A stretch of DNA of 64,000 bases from Octopus vulgaris (lineage: Eukaryota), in contig OX597830.1 in the NCBI GenBank assembly GCA_951406725.2, positions 51,026,001-51,090,000 on the forward strand. Reading direction: 5' to 3'. This document shows, one piece after another, positions 42,142-55,327 of the stretch (position 1 is its first letter; every line of letters starts with the position of its first letter). The notes under the pieces were generated by a model, which was not told the origin of the DNA, did not search any database, and saw only the letters and a list, made by a program, of their open reading frames with translations. The translations under genes were made by a program, and so were the position numbers.

Positions 42142-42320
42142 GTGTGAGGGAAGTATGTATATCTATATGTACAAGTATGTGTGATTATGATAGTATATGT
42201 GTGTGTATGTATGTATGCGTGTATGTATATAAACATACTTATGTTAATATACGTATATATATATATATATATATAAACGCACACACACATGCATATACAC
42301 ATAGACACATACACACACAT
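41860..42320. repeat. (TA)n/(TATG)n low-complexity block
   Basis: Directly visible. Confidence 0.95.
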
Positions 42321-43172
42321 TTATATTCGTATGTGTGTGTCTGGTATGTGATGACAACATACTTGAGATACCACTTTATGACCACAAATCAATCGCTAAT
42401 GTTGTGTTTGATCAGCTACATGGAACACAGAATTCGTTTTGTATCGATCCGAGTAGCCATGAGTGTTAATTACATTAAATTATTATCGATTTCTGTGACC
42501 AATCGTTGCTGTTCAATAGAAAGTACTTCACGACTACACATACTCGCTGACCTCTGGCCTCAAACTTCATAGAGTTATCTACATTTAGACACACCCAGAA
42601 AGACAAATATTGTATACACATACATACTTACGAATAGGTATTGTTATACACCCATATACTCAGTAATACAACAAACATATACACTTCAACGCACCTCCAT
42701 ACATGTGCATATATATACATTGGCTGTTTTATGATTTTGCCAGTCAATCACGCAAACACCAAATTTCCTCCAAAACTACAATTCCCAAGACAAGATCGCT
42801 GGAAAATCAGACGAGCAGAAACTACAGTGCTCCATTTGATTCAGAAATGTTGAGCTTTGCCTCAAAATTCACTGGTTAATATTTTTAAGTCACCTAACTC
42901 TTTTTATCCCACTCTCTTACTTGGAAACATACATTTAGGTCGCAATATTAAATTTTAAAAAGTGGAAAACAATTTTTAAATTTAAAAGATTATCTTAATT
43001 TGCTTGGAGTATATTGCAATGTGTAAATGATATAAGCAATACTGTATATCCTATTTTATACTTGATAAGGTGTTATGAGAGAATCCTGAACACCCCACGT
43101 GATTGATGGTGGACTAACCGAGCCCAATAAATAAGCACTGAGTGAACTGTCAAGGGGAGAGTTGACAGCGTT

Positions 43173-45014
43173 TTTTTCTAATTCCGTTTCATCTCTGTTG
43201 GAAGTGAGTCACATTGTTAATTATTTGTAGATAGGTCTCCCTTAAGGGTGAACCTAATTGTTGAACCTCATTGTTAAATTGTTGAATTGTTAGTTGCTAT
43301 TTTTTAGCTGTGATTTTATAATTGCTTTCTTCCCCATTTATGGTTGAAATAGAAGAAAAAAGAAGAATGGCGTACGAACCAATTCCAACCAGTAGCTATG
43401 CTTCAGCCAGGAAGAAGTTTAACTGCAAACGTATTACAGGTTCGAGAGTCGAAAATGGAGCAAGGGAAGCTGAAGGAATTCAACAAACTTATCGAAAAGA
43501 ATGGAACCAGTTTGAGGTTGGCACCGCCGGAATATTTGAGAACTAGCCTAATGAAGCGGACTGTGGTATATAGAACGCTGTCCTCGATAACGAAAAAATA
43601 GAAATAGCTACAGAAGAAGCCATAGTTGAGTGTTTGAAGGAGATGAAAAGCCTCACGACATTCTACACCGGAGGGAAAATATTCGGCACAGTGGAGGTAA
43701 GGTTTGCTAGTGAATAAGAAGCAATAAACCGCTCCACTGTGACGCTAAGGATACCAGAGTGGGTACTTCTGCCGACTTACTGTGGCAAATGAGTGGCCTG
43801 GGTAAGGATTGGCAGAGTACCCCCCGGACATTGAGGAGGCGTGGCTGGTAGCAACCATTATGCATAATATGGAGGAAAACGCAAAAGTCTTAAAAGTAGC
43901 AAGGACGAAATAGGTGAACTGCTGAGGATACGGCCTCGAGGTGGCCATCCAAGTCAGTTTACAAGACTTGCACAATATAGCGGAGGATTTGATACTGCCG
44001 CAGGATGTGAAATTGAGAGTGGTGGTGGAGGGAAGATTTCCAACCTATTATCAGTGTGGTGTAAGGGGAAACATGAAGGCAAGGTGTTCTCAGAAAAATG
44101 ATAAATGTATAAAGGAACTGAAGCAGCAGGGTGCCGAGCGGGAGCAGAGTGACGAAGTGACGATCCCAGTGAATGAGAAGTGTTCGGAGAGGGCGTACGG
44201 TGGTAGATGGAAAACAGCAGGGTGCCGAGCGGGAGCAGAGTGTTGAAGAGACGACCCAATAAGTGAGAAGTATTCGGAGAAGGTGGAATATACGATGGTA
44301 AATAGGAAAAAGAAAAGGAAAGAAAGCGTGGACTCACCGCCAAAGAGTCCACAGAAGAAAAGGAAGGAAAATAAACGAGAAGATGCACAGCAGGAGATTC
44401 CAACAACATCAACAAGCAAAGCAAATGTGGAAAATAAAGTGAGACTGCAAGAACAAGCAACTAAAATAGAACCGAATAATAAATGGCACATGGTGACATA
44501 TTCGAAAAGCACGGAGATGGAAAAGAAAATAGCTAAAATGAAGTCGGTATTAAGAGTGAAGCTAACAAGAGAATATTATCCAGAGAGTACCAAGGGAATT
44601 GTAATTGATAGAGAGAGATGTGCGAGACGGAGAGGGTTGTTCGGAGGTAGCATAGACCCAACGGGAGTGCGCGTGGAGTTCGATGATTTGCCACAAGTAA
44701 TAGATTATGAGGACCAACTGCCTTTCATAAAATGGTAAAAAAAAAGTAAGTAAATATTTGAAATTCTAATGACTGTTAAACAGATGCAAGAAGGAAAAAA
44801 ATAAGAGAAAAAATAAAAATGAAATAAAAACGTTGAACTAAAACTTTCAAATGATACTGCTTGCGAGTGAGGAGCATGCAGCCATTTCATCTTCGTTTAT
44901 TATTGTTTATTCTTCATTCGTTCGTTTTGTCTTTTTTTTTGTCCCCACTGTGGTGTCCTGCCTGTCCTTTTGCTGTCCTCACTATGTATAAGCCTGAATG
45001 CTTAAATAAGGAAA
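43173..45014 (+). mobile_element. ORF1-only non-LTR retroposon (HAL1-like; L1/Tx1-type ORF1), decayed
   Basis: Disrupted ORF 43340-44738 with GTVEVRFASE, VRIGRVPP, LRVVVEGRFPT and a mutated CX2CX4HX4C knuckle (YYQCGVRGNMKARC). A 3'UTR-like segment ends AAATAAGGAAA. Putative TSD 43157-43172 vs 45015-45030 (13/16). No ORF2. Confidence 0.7.
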
Positions 45015-45028
45015 GATAGTTGACGGTG

Positions 45029-45112
45029 TTAGTTCGACCGTGTTGGCTTACTGCCTTAGTCCGACGTACGTTGGTTTATTGTCTTAGTCCGACATACGTT
45101 GGTTTAATAGTC
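45029..45112. repeat. 27-28-bp tandem repeat x3
   Basis: TTAGTCCGAC(G/A)TACGTTGGTTTA units. Confidence 0.9.
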
Positions 45113-45914
45113 GGTAGTTGAACAGTGGATACTGAGTATCGTACCTACATTCGAGTAATACAGAGTGCGTTCCATGTTAACATACATTTCTGCGATAGAC
45201 TATCTTTAGACAGCCTCAACCAACTATTTATTTGTGTAATACCATTTTATACCAGACGTATGTACACACGTCATAATACAAGTGGAAGCTTTCCCGAAAT
45301 ATAATAGAACATTTAAACAACGTATGTATTAATAGAATGATATAATATCATTCTTTGCTTTTATTTATGGACATCACCTCAGATATTTTGGCAACTGCAC
45401 TGCATAAAGGACATTTGTAAAATATATTAAAGGAAGAGTTTGCTGTTCTAAGCCTCTCAGTGACACAGCATTGACGGCATTCAAAGTATCTATTTAACTG
45501 CAAACATTACAGCATTTCGATTTTCTCCCCACATCGATTTAAAATCCACGCCAACACAGATAAATACTTGCTCGCGCATAAGCACATAAACACATCCGGG
45601 TACTATTTTCAGGTGTTTTAGTTCTGTTGGATATTTAAATTTTCGCCGTTTTTGTAAATGTTCTAATTTCGCCTCAAGAATTTATTGAGTATACTCAATA
45701 GGAAGCTAAGCTTCCAAAGAATGGAGAACTTTTTGTGCTCCACTGGTTTGTGTCATAGGTCCTATAAATATCCCGTGAATCTTTTCTGGTAAACATTCCT
45801 CTTCTCTCAAAATATCTATCAGGAAATTGATTTACCGCATCCAAAACAAATTCCCTGATTGCATGTCGATCTGGTATAACCAACATTATTAGTGGTTTAT
45901 ATATATATACATAC

Positions 45915-45968
<54 letters not shown>

Positions 45969-46076
45969 CAGTATTTGAAATATATGCTGCAGAGCGTTGC
46001 CTACAATTCCTGCTGAAGTTATATATCCTGAACTTCAAGAAATGGCACTAGTAACAGAGAAATAAATATCTTCAAC

Positions 46077-46243
46077 GGCGTGGCTGTGTGGCAAACAAGT
46101 TTGCTTCTCAATCACATGGTTCCGGGTTCAGTCCCAATGCGTGGCACTTTGGGCAACTGTCTTCTACTATTGCCTTGTGCCGAATAAGGCCTTGTGAATG
46201 GATTGGGTTGACGGAAAGTAAAATACGTCCGTCGTGTATGTGC

Positions 46244-46274
<31 letters not shown>

Positions 46275-46386
46275 TGTGCGTGTGTTTGTCACTCATAGTC
46301 ACTTGACAAACGATAACGGTTTGTTCACATCCCCGTAATTTACCGGTTCGGCATAATGGACAGATAGAATAAGTACCAGACTTATT
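46077..46386 (+). mobile_element. SINE family D, 3'-truncated
   Basis: GGCGTGGCTGTGTGG...GGGTTCAGTCCC...TTTGGGCAACTGTCTTCTAC; internal (TG)n. Confidence 0.88.
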
Positions 46387-46494
46387 TATGTACGTAATGT
46401 TTATGTGTATATCTGTGTATGTATGTATCAATCAAACTACTAGTATATCAGTCTGTCTATCTTTCGACATCTCAGTCTGTCCATATTTGAATCA

Positions 46495-48480
46495 CATCGT
46501 CTGTCTTAGCATCGATCCAAGACGCTCTTCCTCCGTCGCTTCCTGTACATTGTTGCCCACGGGAACGGACGTGGCTCACGAGTCCGATACAAGATTGGTA
46601 TATATTGTGGCGCTGAAACTGCTCCCGAAAAGCATTTGCCGGAGGTTGAAGACGACACTTCCTCCTCTCGTCATGCAGTTGTCTGCATTCCATTTCAAAG
46701 AGTTCTACTTCAGAGTCACTTGCGGACTTCCATGCCTTCCGATTATCAGTCTGAGCTTCCAACCAAATGGGAGGGAATCCGGATAAAATGAGAGACCGCT
46801 TGAGATGATCATGAAAATGAACCTTTGGACGTCCTTGTGGTTTACTTCCAGTCTCGATCACGCTGAAGAGGACGATCTTTGAAAGCCGATTACTTGGCAT
46901 CTGAATCACATGACCAACCAGGTGGGGAAGACGATGAATGATGCAGGCCTCAATGCTTTAGATCCTAGCCCACGGGAGGACTTCAGTATGCGTTACCTTG
47001 TCTTTCTACGTGAGACTGAGGATACATTGGTGGAGTAATCTGCTATGGAAATCTTCTGTCTGATCTGTGGCTGATAAATGGTCTAACGCTCAGACGTCTA
47101 CGGAAGGGTGGATCCGCAGGCAGCTCCATTAACAGAGATTTTTGTGCTTGTTGTCAGTTTCTTGCTCTAAAAGACTCGTTCGCTGAGTCTCCTGAATGAT
47201 GCTAGAACCAGGTTGATCCGATGGAGTACCTGCTCGCCAAAGGGTCCAACGTTTACGCTTCCAGAATAGCAGGATGAGTCCACCTACGGTAGAGGAGCAT
47301 CATCAATAAGAACTGGTTGAGGGGTAGGTGAGTACGGGAGGGGTGATTAGAGAACTTCAGATTTTCGATTATTCACTTGAAGTCGAGATTAGTTGAAGAG
47401 AGTCAGAGGTATGAGAGGGTAACAGCCTAATTGTCAGAGAAATTTTGATGTGGCTTTCAAGAAGCAACTGTTAAAGATGTTGCCTTCATTGCGGCACCTG
47501 AAACAAATTTCATTGTAGGTGAACTGTCTCCTGGAAAGAAGGGCTACAACGAACAGGTAAATGCTAAACAGTACAGGGGAGGGACGCATCCTTCTATTAC
47601 CCCTACATGAAGACCAAAGGTGTCTAAGGTCTCAGTGTCACTCTCACTTGCATACCATCATGAAACGTGTGGACGATCAAGAGAAACGGTCGTGTTCAAT
47701 CTTACAATTTCAACAAAAGGAAAAGGCAACAGTATAAAAAAAAATATCAACTAGATTATGGTTGGGAAATAGCAGTTTACTCAAAGTAGCCGTCCTCAGC
47801 TTCCACCATAGCGTCGAGACGACTCCGTAACTGACGCATGCTATATTCAGTGTGTTCTTAGGAAAATCGAGAATACCTTTTTCATCTTGGCCACCAAGTT
47901 GTGCTTAGTGTTGCATGAAGAGCAACCTGCACATAATGGTCCATGGGATTACATCAAGGGAACTAGAAGGCCAGAAATTGAGGCTGGTGAAGTCGTAGAA
48001 CTTTTCTGACACCTACTTCTGACTCTTTCTAGAGGTATGACACGGAGTCGAATCCTGCGGCAACACTTACAGCCTTCCAGCTGCAACCCTCTCAAACCAG
48101 AGATTCACAATCATCTCCAGCAGTTTCTCACAGGCGTTAAGCCTAAGGCAATTTTCAAACATGCTGGTATGAATTCCTGCGTGCGCACGCAGTCAGAATT
48201 CCTGCTGCGTCCCTTCCTGTATCATACAGTTTGCTAGTCTCTGTTGAAGCTATCCACATCACATCTCACAGCCTTTAGAGTCTCCACAGAGCATTGAGCT
48301 GCAATTATAATGTCGAAATTTGATACGTCGTGAATAATCATGATACTGGTAACTCCTTTCCATTATTCACATGGTTTCTAGGTCTCCACGTCAGCTAACT
48401 TTTTTCTCAACTACAACTTCAATCTTTACAAAGTCCAATACCATTCACTGTTCCCCAATACATCAAGCTCCTCTCAAATA
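46495..48480 (-). mobile_element. RTE-clade LINE remnant (APE start, RT, C-terminal region), heavily deleted
   Basis: Minus-strand peptides: ELDVLGNSE (APE), GVIEGCVP (cf. GVRQGCVLAP), GLQVNNRKSEV, VDSSCYSGS, HVIQMPSNRLSKIVLF...GSKPQGRPKVHFHDHLKRSL...IGLVSHVR. Confidence 0.88.
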
Positions 48481-48651
48481 AAAAGAAGACACAGAAACCG
48501 TCAAATTTAGTCCCCAAAATTTATATTCATACAAAGATTCACCCACGCCCGCACATACACAGATGCAAATGCACGCACACACGTGCATATATACATGTAT
48601 ATGTATGTATATATGTATATAAATATATATACATACATGTATATGTATGTA

Positions 48652-48720
<69 letters not shown>

Positions 48721-48815
48721 AATTTATAAGATAAGGGCAAAAGAAGTCTGCTCGTGGCTTGGTGCTTGCTTCTTCCATGGGTATGAGTAAGTGTTTCATT
48801 TATATCTCGCGTATG

Positions 48816-48874
48816 TGCCGCTGAAGAGGGGAAAATTTCTTGTGAATTAACCCCGAAATTGGACCAATACGGTA
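48816..48874 (+). ncRNA. Type I hammerhead ribozyme (minimal stem III)
   Basis: TGCCG-CTGAAGA-GGGG...CCCC-GAAA-TTGGACCAA-TA/CGGTA. All core nucleotides and three stems are present; predicted AUA cleavage after 48869. Confidence 0.88.
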
Positions 48875-49281
48875 ATAACGAATTTTTTAGACATTTCTAT
48901 CGGTTTGTTTCGAGACGCATAAATTTAATGGTTATCGACAATTTTTTTTGTTTCGGCGTATCTGGCATTAGAATTTTTCTTCTGCCCTTATCTTATAAAT
49001 TATGTATAAATTTTACCTTTAAAGGCATTTTTGATATGCTGGCCATTGATAAAAAATTTTTCTTCGAAAAAAATTTTATCCTATATCAATTATAAATAGA
49101 TTAGTGTTCACTTCCGGATTCTATCCTTCTGTGAAAGTTTCTAGTTCGAATCACACCTGTCTCGTGGTGCGCCGAAGATTTTTCTATTTTGGATATATTT
49201 GGGGTACTTAAGTCTGCTCGTGGCTTGGTGCTTGCTTCTTCCATGGGTATGAGTAAGTATTTCATTTATATCTCGCGTATG

Positions 49282-49340
49282 TGCCGCTGAAGAGGGAAAA
49301 ATTTCTTGTGAATTAACCCCGAAATTGGACCAATACGGTA
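49282..49340 (+). ncRNA. Type I hammerhead ribozyme, second tandem copy
   Basis: TGCCG-CTGAAGA-GGG...CCC-GAAA-TTGGACCAA-TA/CGGTA; predicted cleavage after 49335. Confidence 0.88.
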
Positions 49341-49557
49341 ACAACGAATTTTTTAGAGATTTCTATCGGTTTGTTTCGGATCGCATAAATTTAATGGTTA
49401 TCGACATTTTTTTCGTTTCGGCGTATCTGGCATTAGAATTTTTCTTTTGCCCTTATCTTATAAATTATGTATAAATTTTACCTTTAAAGGCATTTTTTGA
49501 TATACTGGCCATTGATAAAAATTTTTTCTCGAAAAAAAGTTTACCCTATATCAATTA

Positions 49558-49619
<62 letters not shown>

Positions 49620-49825
49620 TCACTCACACACATGTAAATATACATACTCACACACACACACACATATGCATCAATCTCTTTCCTCTGTACTAGAATGTTC
49701 TATGGTGATGGCCCTTGAAGCTAATAAGCAATTTCTTCTTAAAATAGTCATCATCTTTCATTATTCATAGTTTCACCACTACCACCACTAACACCACCAC
49801 CACCACCACTATCATCATCATCATT

Positions 49826-49858
<33 letters not shown>

Positions 49859-50225
49859 GTCGTTATTCATATTCAATTTTCATTACTTTAATCCCATTGT
49901 AACAGTATAAATACTAGAACGGTTTCTCTTCTATTTCTGTCACTGCTGCACTGTTTACATTACTAAGAGCATATATATGCATGTATGTATGTATGTATGT
50001 ATGCATGTATGCATGTATATGTTCATATATGTATATATAAGCATGGATGTATGTATGTAAATATGCATGTATTATGCATGTATTATATATATATATATGT
50101 GTGTATGTGTATGTGTGTGTGTGTTTGTGTGTGTATATATATATGTGTATATATATATATATAATTATACACACACACATATATATAACAGAAAGATACT
50201 ACAGTGAAGGATATATATATATATA

Positions 50226-50588
50226 GGCGCAGGAGTGGCTGTGTGGTAAGTAGCTTGCTAACCAACCACACGGTTGCGGGTTCAGTCCCACTGCGTGGCA
50301 TCTTGGGCAAGTGTCTTCTGCTATAGCCCCGGGCCGACCAATGCCTTGTGAGTGGATTTGGTAGACGGAAACTGAAAGAAGTATGTCGTATATATGTATA
50401 TATGTATGCGTGTGTTTGTGTGTCTGTGTTTGTCCCCCTAGCATTGCTTGACAACCGATGCTGGTGTATTTAGGTCCCCGTCACTTAGCGGTTCGGCAAA
50501 AAGAGACCGATAGAATAAGTACTAAAAGGTGGTGCTCCAGCATGGCCGCAGTCAAATGACTGAAACAAGTAAAAGAGTAAAAGAGTAA
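50226..50588 (+). mobile_element. SINE family D, young near-full-length copy
   Basis: GGCGCAGGAGTGGCTGTGTGG, GGGTTCAGTCCC, CORE-like CTTGGGCAAGTGTCTTCT, an internal TA/TG tract and tail (AAGAGTAA)n. Confidence 0.92.
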
Positions 50589-50594
50589 ATGAGT

Positions 50595-51130
<536 letters not shown>

Positions 51131-52205
51131 CTGAGAATTGTATTCTATTGAATTATATTGTGTAGAATATGAATTGTGTCGCCAGTATTGTATCTTTTTT
51201 TGTATTTTGTCTATCATGACTTCAAATCTGGCGTCGTGCTTATGTTTTAGGTCACACGACAGTAACGATAGCAGCGACAACAAGAAGGGCAGAAGCAGCA
51301 AGAACAAGAAATGAAGAAGAAAAAGAGGAAGAAGAAGAAGAAGAAGAAGATGGTAATGAAGATGAAGAAGATGGTAATGAAGATGAAGAAAATGAAGAAC
51401 AACAACAACAACAAGGGAGGCGTGTAAGAGGCGGATGTGGAAGGGGAAAGAGGGTGGAGGAAGAGGACTAAGTCTGCAAGTCTTGGAGAATAGCGAAACA
51501 TGGAAAACAACAGAAGGAAAACTTTGGAGCACTTTACTTGGTGTAAAATGGTGGATTCACCAATACCCATGGAAGCAATTTCGTATAGAACTAATAATTT
51601 GCAGAACAATGTGTGCAGAACAAAAATAGGGGCAAGAATAGCATACCCGAAATGGTTGGGGGAGGGGGAGGCAATCAGAAGAGATGATTTGGTACGACTG
51701 TCACACAACGCTAACTTATTCTGACACTCCTAAGTCAAGTGTCTTCCCATGCTTCGTGTTATTAGCTTATGCTTTTGCTTGGTTAATGGAGTTACTAAAT
51801 AAGTTGATGTGCGATTTCTATTAGAAAATTTTTCCAATGCGATTTCAAAGGAAATACATCAAAAAGACTAATGTCATACTAATATCAGATCGATATCAAG
51901 CTAATATCATACTATATCATAGCAGGTAAACAAGTGAACAGAACAGAACGTAAAGGCAAATGGAGAATGTGTGCTCTGGGTAGTGTGCAATAAATAGAGA
52001 AGAAAGAAAAGTTTAGATAGGAATATTTTTGACTCATTATACTCAAAGGTAAAAGCGAAATATTTATAAGTTAACAGACATAAACTTACTACCTGTGCCA
52101 GTATGAGGTTATAAACATATCAAGAAACTGGTTGCTAAACGAATTAGCGAAAATTAACATAAAACTAAAGAAGCGAACCGCTTCATTTAGAAACAGCATT
52201 ATATA

Positions 52206-52670
52206 CAGTGGGGGGAAATAAATATTCGTACATGTCAAAATTCTTTATTTACTTAATTTCTATTGAACATGAATGGGATATACCAATGCTATATTTGCAT
52301 ACACATGCATAAACTAAGAATATACAAAAGAAACTAATAAATTATAGTAACTAATGAATTTATATACAATTATAAATATTTAGGGGTGAAAAAAGTATTC
52401 GTACAGAAATTAAATAACTGATAAAAATAACTTCGTATCATAACCATTATTCAGTTCCACTTCTTCAACCAATCTCTTCTTGTAATCCTTAATTAATGAC
52501 TTGCATGTTTCTTTAGGAATTTTTACCAATTCTTCTTGACAAATTTTCTTCAAATCTGCAATGCACTTTAGGCCTCTTGAATGAATTTTAATTTTCAAAT
52601 AACGCCACGAATTTTCAATGGGGTTCAAGTCAGGTTACTGGCTTGGCCATTCTAATAATTTTATATTGTG
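52206..52670 (-). mobile_element. Tc1-like transposon 3' fragment with IR/DR-type terminus
   Basis: TA|CAGTGGGGGGAAATAAATATTCGTACA at 52206 with an inner repeat GGGGTGAAAAAAGTATTCGTACA at 52383. Peptide LEWPSQ*PDLNPIENSWRYLK...EELVKIP. Confidence 0.9.
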
Positions 52671-52671
52671 A

Positions 52672-55165
52672 CAACGCATAAAGCACATCAACTAAAGAGA
52701 TATGAACAGAAAATAGAGCAGTACAAATTAAACAGACTTTTCGAACAAAATGAGAAACGAGTCTATCTGGAACTGGATGGGATAGAAAAAGGTGTAAAAG
52801 CCATGTCGGATGCTGAGGAAGCAAAATATTCTGGATAAACATATGGTCTCAGGAGAGACAACACGAAACTGAAGCAGGATGTTTAAAGGCACTCAAGGGG
52901 GATAGTGGAGGGCATCAGCAAGAGGATTTGAGAATAACCGATGAGATGATTAGAGAAGAGTGTAGGAGAAGATACCAACTGGAAAACGCCTGGCCCAGGT
53001 AGGGTTCGGGGCTTTGGCGTAAAAACTTGACAGCCCTGCACAGGAGAATTCTGAAACATCTTGACGAAATACTGAGTAGTGACATCCAAGCACCGGCGTG
53101 GATGACAAAAGGAAGAACGGCACTTTACCAGAATGACCCAAGTATAGAGAGCGCGATTGAAAGTTTCCGACCAATAACTTGTTTGCCACTGATGTAGAAA
53201 CTAATGACGGATATCATATCGAACATCATCTATACGTACCTAGATGAGAACGACCTACTACCGGTGGAACAAAAAGGGTGTAGACGTAAAAGCAGAGTAA
53301 GAAAGCATCAATTAATATTCGATAGGACTATCCTGGCTGACAGCAAGAAGGGACACAAAAAGTTGGCGATGACATTGGTTGACTACAGGAAAGCATATGA
53401 CATGGTCCCACAATCGTGGATTATTAAATGCCTTAAACTGCTTCAGGTCTCCCAAAATATCCTGAAGTTAATATAAAACTCTATGGCAACGTGGCGAACT
53501 GAACTCACAGGATGGGGAGATAAGCTGTGAGAGGTAAATATCAAAAGAGGAATCTTTCAAGGAGACAGTCTGCCACCTCACCTATTTGTTGTCTGCATAC
53601 TGCCACTAACCCACGTTTTAAGAAAGATGCGTGTGGGTACATGCTAGGCAGGGTGAAAGTAAACAACCTGTAGTTTATGGATGACCTAAAGCTATTTGTT
53701 AAGACTGAGAAGGAAATTGAGACTTTGACGGCAACTATGCATATGATTTGCAAAGATATTGGCATGGAATTTGGGATCGAGAAATGTGGTGTAATGATTC
53801 TCAAAAGAGGAAAACCAGTAAAAGTCATGGGATTAAGCTGAACAGTGGCGAAACTATAAAGGAAGTCGCAGAGGAAGGATATAAGTAGCTGGGTATCATT
53901 GAAAGAGATAAAATGAATGAACACAAGATGAAAGAAATGTACAGGAAAGAGTATTTGAGGAGAACTCGGCTTGTGCTCCAATCGAAGCTAAATGGCCGCT
54001 ATAAGATTAGAGCAGTTAACACGTGGGCGGTTTCTTTGAGGAGATATGGGGCAGGAATAGTATCTTGGAAGAAGAATCAGTTACAAGAGATAGACCGGGA
54101 AACACGTAGATTAATGGCAATGAACAAGGAACTACACCCCAAGTGTGATGGGATTGGTGTGTTATGAAGGTTGTATAACGGAAGAGGAGAATAGCCTGGC
54201 CTGGTATATCAAGGGGAGTAAAGAAGAAATGATTGAAGCAGTGAAAGTGCAGGGAACCTTAAAAGTGAACGAAGCCGTAGATCCAGCCTGAGAGACAGAT
54301 GAAGAAAATTTGGCAGGACAAGAAAATGCACAGTCAGTTCTTGAAGAATAAAGATGAGATTGATTGGAATAGACCTGACAATGACTGCAGAAATGAGACT
54401 TAAAAGGGCCCATTGAAGCATTAGTGTGCAGTGTTCAAGAACAAGCTCTCAGAACAAACTGCTCCAAATATCACATTGATAAAAGCACTGACTCGCCATA
54501 GAGCAGTATGAGCTATGAGAAGGGAGAATGTATAAGCCAAATTGTTAGTGAGTGCTGTAAGCTCGCACAACGCGAATACAGAAGGAGACATAAGAATATT
54601 GCCAGATATGTCCACAGGCTGTTGTGCAGTAAAACAAGCCTCGATAGAGCCGAACAATGGTATGAACACAAACCAGAGGGAGTCATGGAAAACGAACATT
54701 ACAAAATACTCTGGGATTTTAACATACAATGCGACTAAGTTAGTAAGGTGAGACGGCCAGATATCGTGATCATCCATAAAGATGAAAAAGAAGCAAAGAT
54801 CATAGATGTTGCAATACCAAGTGATCCGGGGGTGAAATATAAGGAAACAGAAAAGAGTGAGAAATATTAGCCAATGTGGGGTAAGATCGGAAAGTTATGG
54901 GGCATGAGTAAAGTAATTGGGATTCCGGTGGTAAATGGGGCCTTGGGGGCAGTTTCCAAAAGCTTTGAAAAACACATTAAAAATATTGGAGCTGCTGTCA
55001 GGATCGAAGTGATCCAGAAGACAGCATTGTTGGGTGCAGCTCGCATTCTAAGGAGAGTATTGTCTCTTTGAGTTAGAGGAGAAGGCACTACTTGAAACCT
55101 TTGGTGATTTGTTATTGCATTCAAGTAAAGAACAACCGGAAATTAAGAACTATCCGAGAGTTTTT
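52672..55165 (+). mobile_element. R4/Dong-type non-LTR retrotransposon (RT + CCHC + RLE), 5'-truncated, decayed
   Basis: FRPITCLPLM, EQKGCRR, DYRKAYDMVP, RGIFQGDSL, FMDDLKLF, IGMEFGIEKC, YRRRH, RPDIVI...IIDVAIP.D...KE.EK..KY, IQKTALLGAARILRRVL; ends at (TAA)n. Confidence 0.93.
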
Positions 55166-55252
55166 AATAATGATAATAATAATAATAATAATAATAATAA
55201 CAGCAACAACAAAAAGAAGAAAAAGACCAACATCAACAACAACAACCACAAC

Positions 55253-55326
<74 letters not shown>
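55166..55326. repeat. (TAA)n tract with CAA/AAG interruptions
   Basis: Directly visible. Confidence 0.97.

Positions 55327-55327
<1 letters not shown>

Larger units (their letters stand above)
48720..49558 (+). mobile_element. Tandem 466-nt non-coding unit with hammerhead ribozymes and a short 5' inversion (retrozyme / non-autonomous Penelope-type element)
   Basis: 48744-49093 repeats at 49210-49558 (offset 466, few mismatches). 48720-48745 is the reverse complement of 49442-49467. Flanked by (TA)n on both sides; no PLE ORF. Confidence 0.88.

Noticed and set aside
51255-51480. Acidic E/D/Q-rich reading frame after TTTTAG
   Set aside because: It derives from GAA/GAT/CAA simple repeats, ends in a stop and has no recognisable domain.
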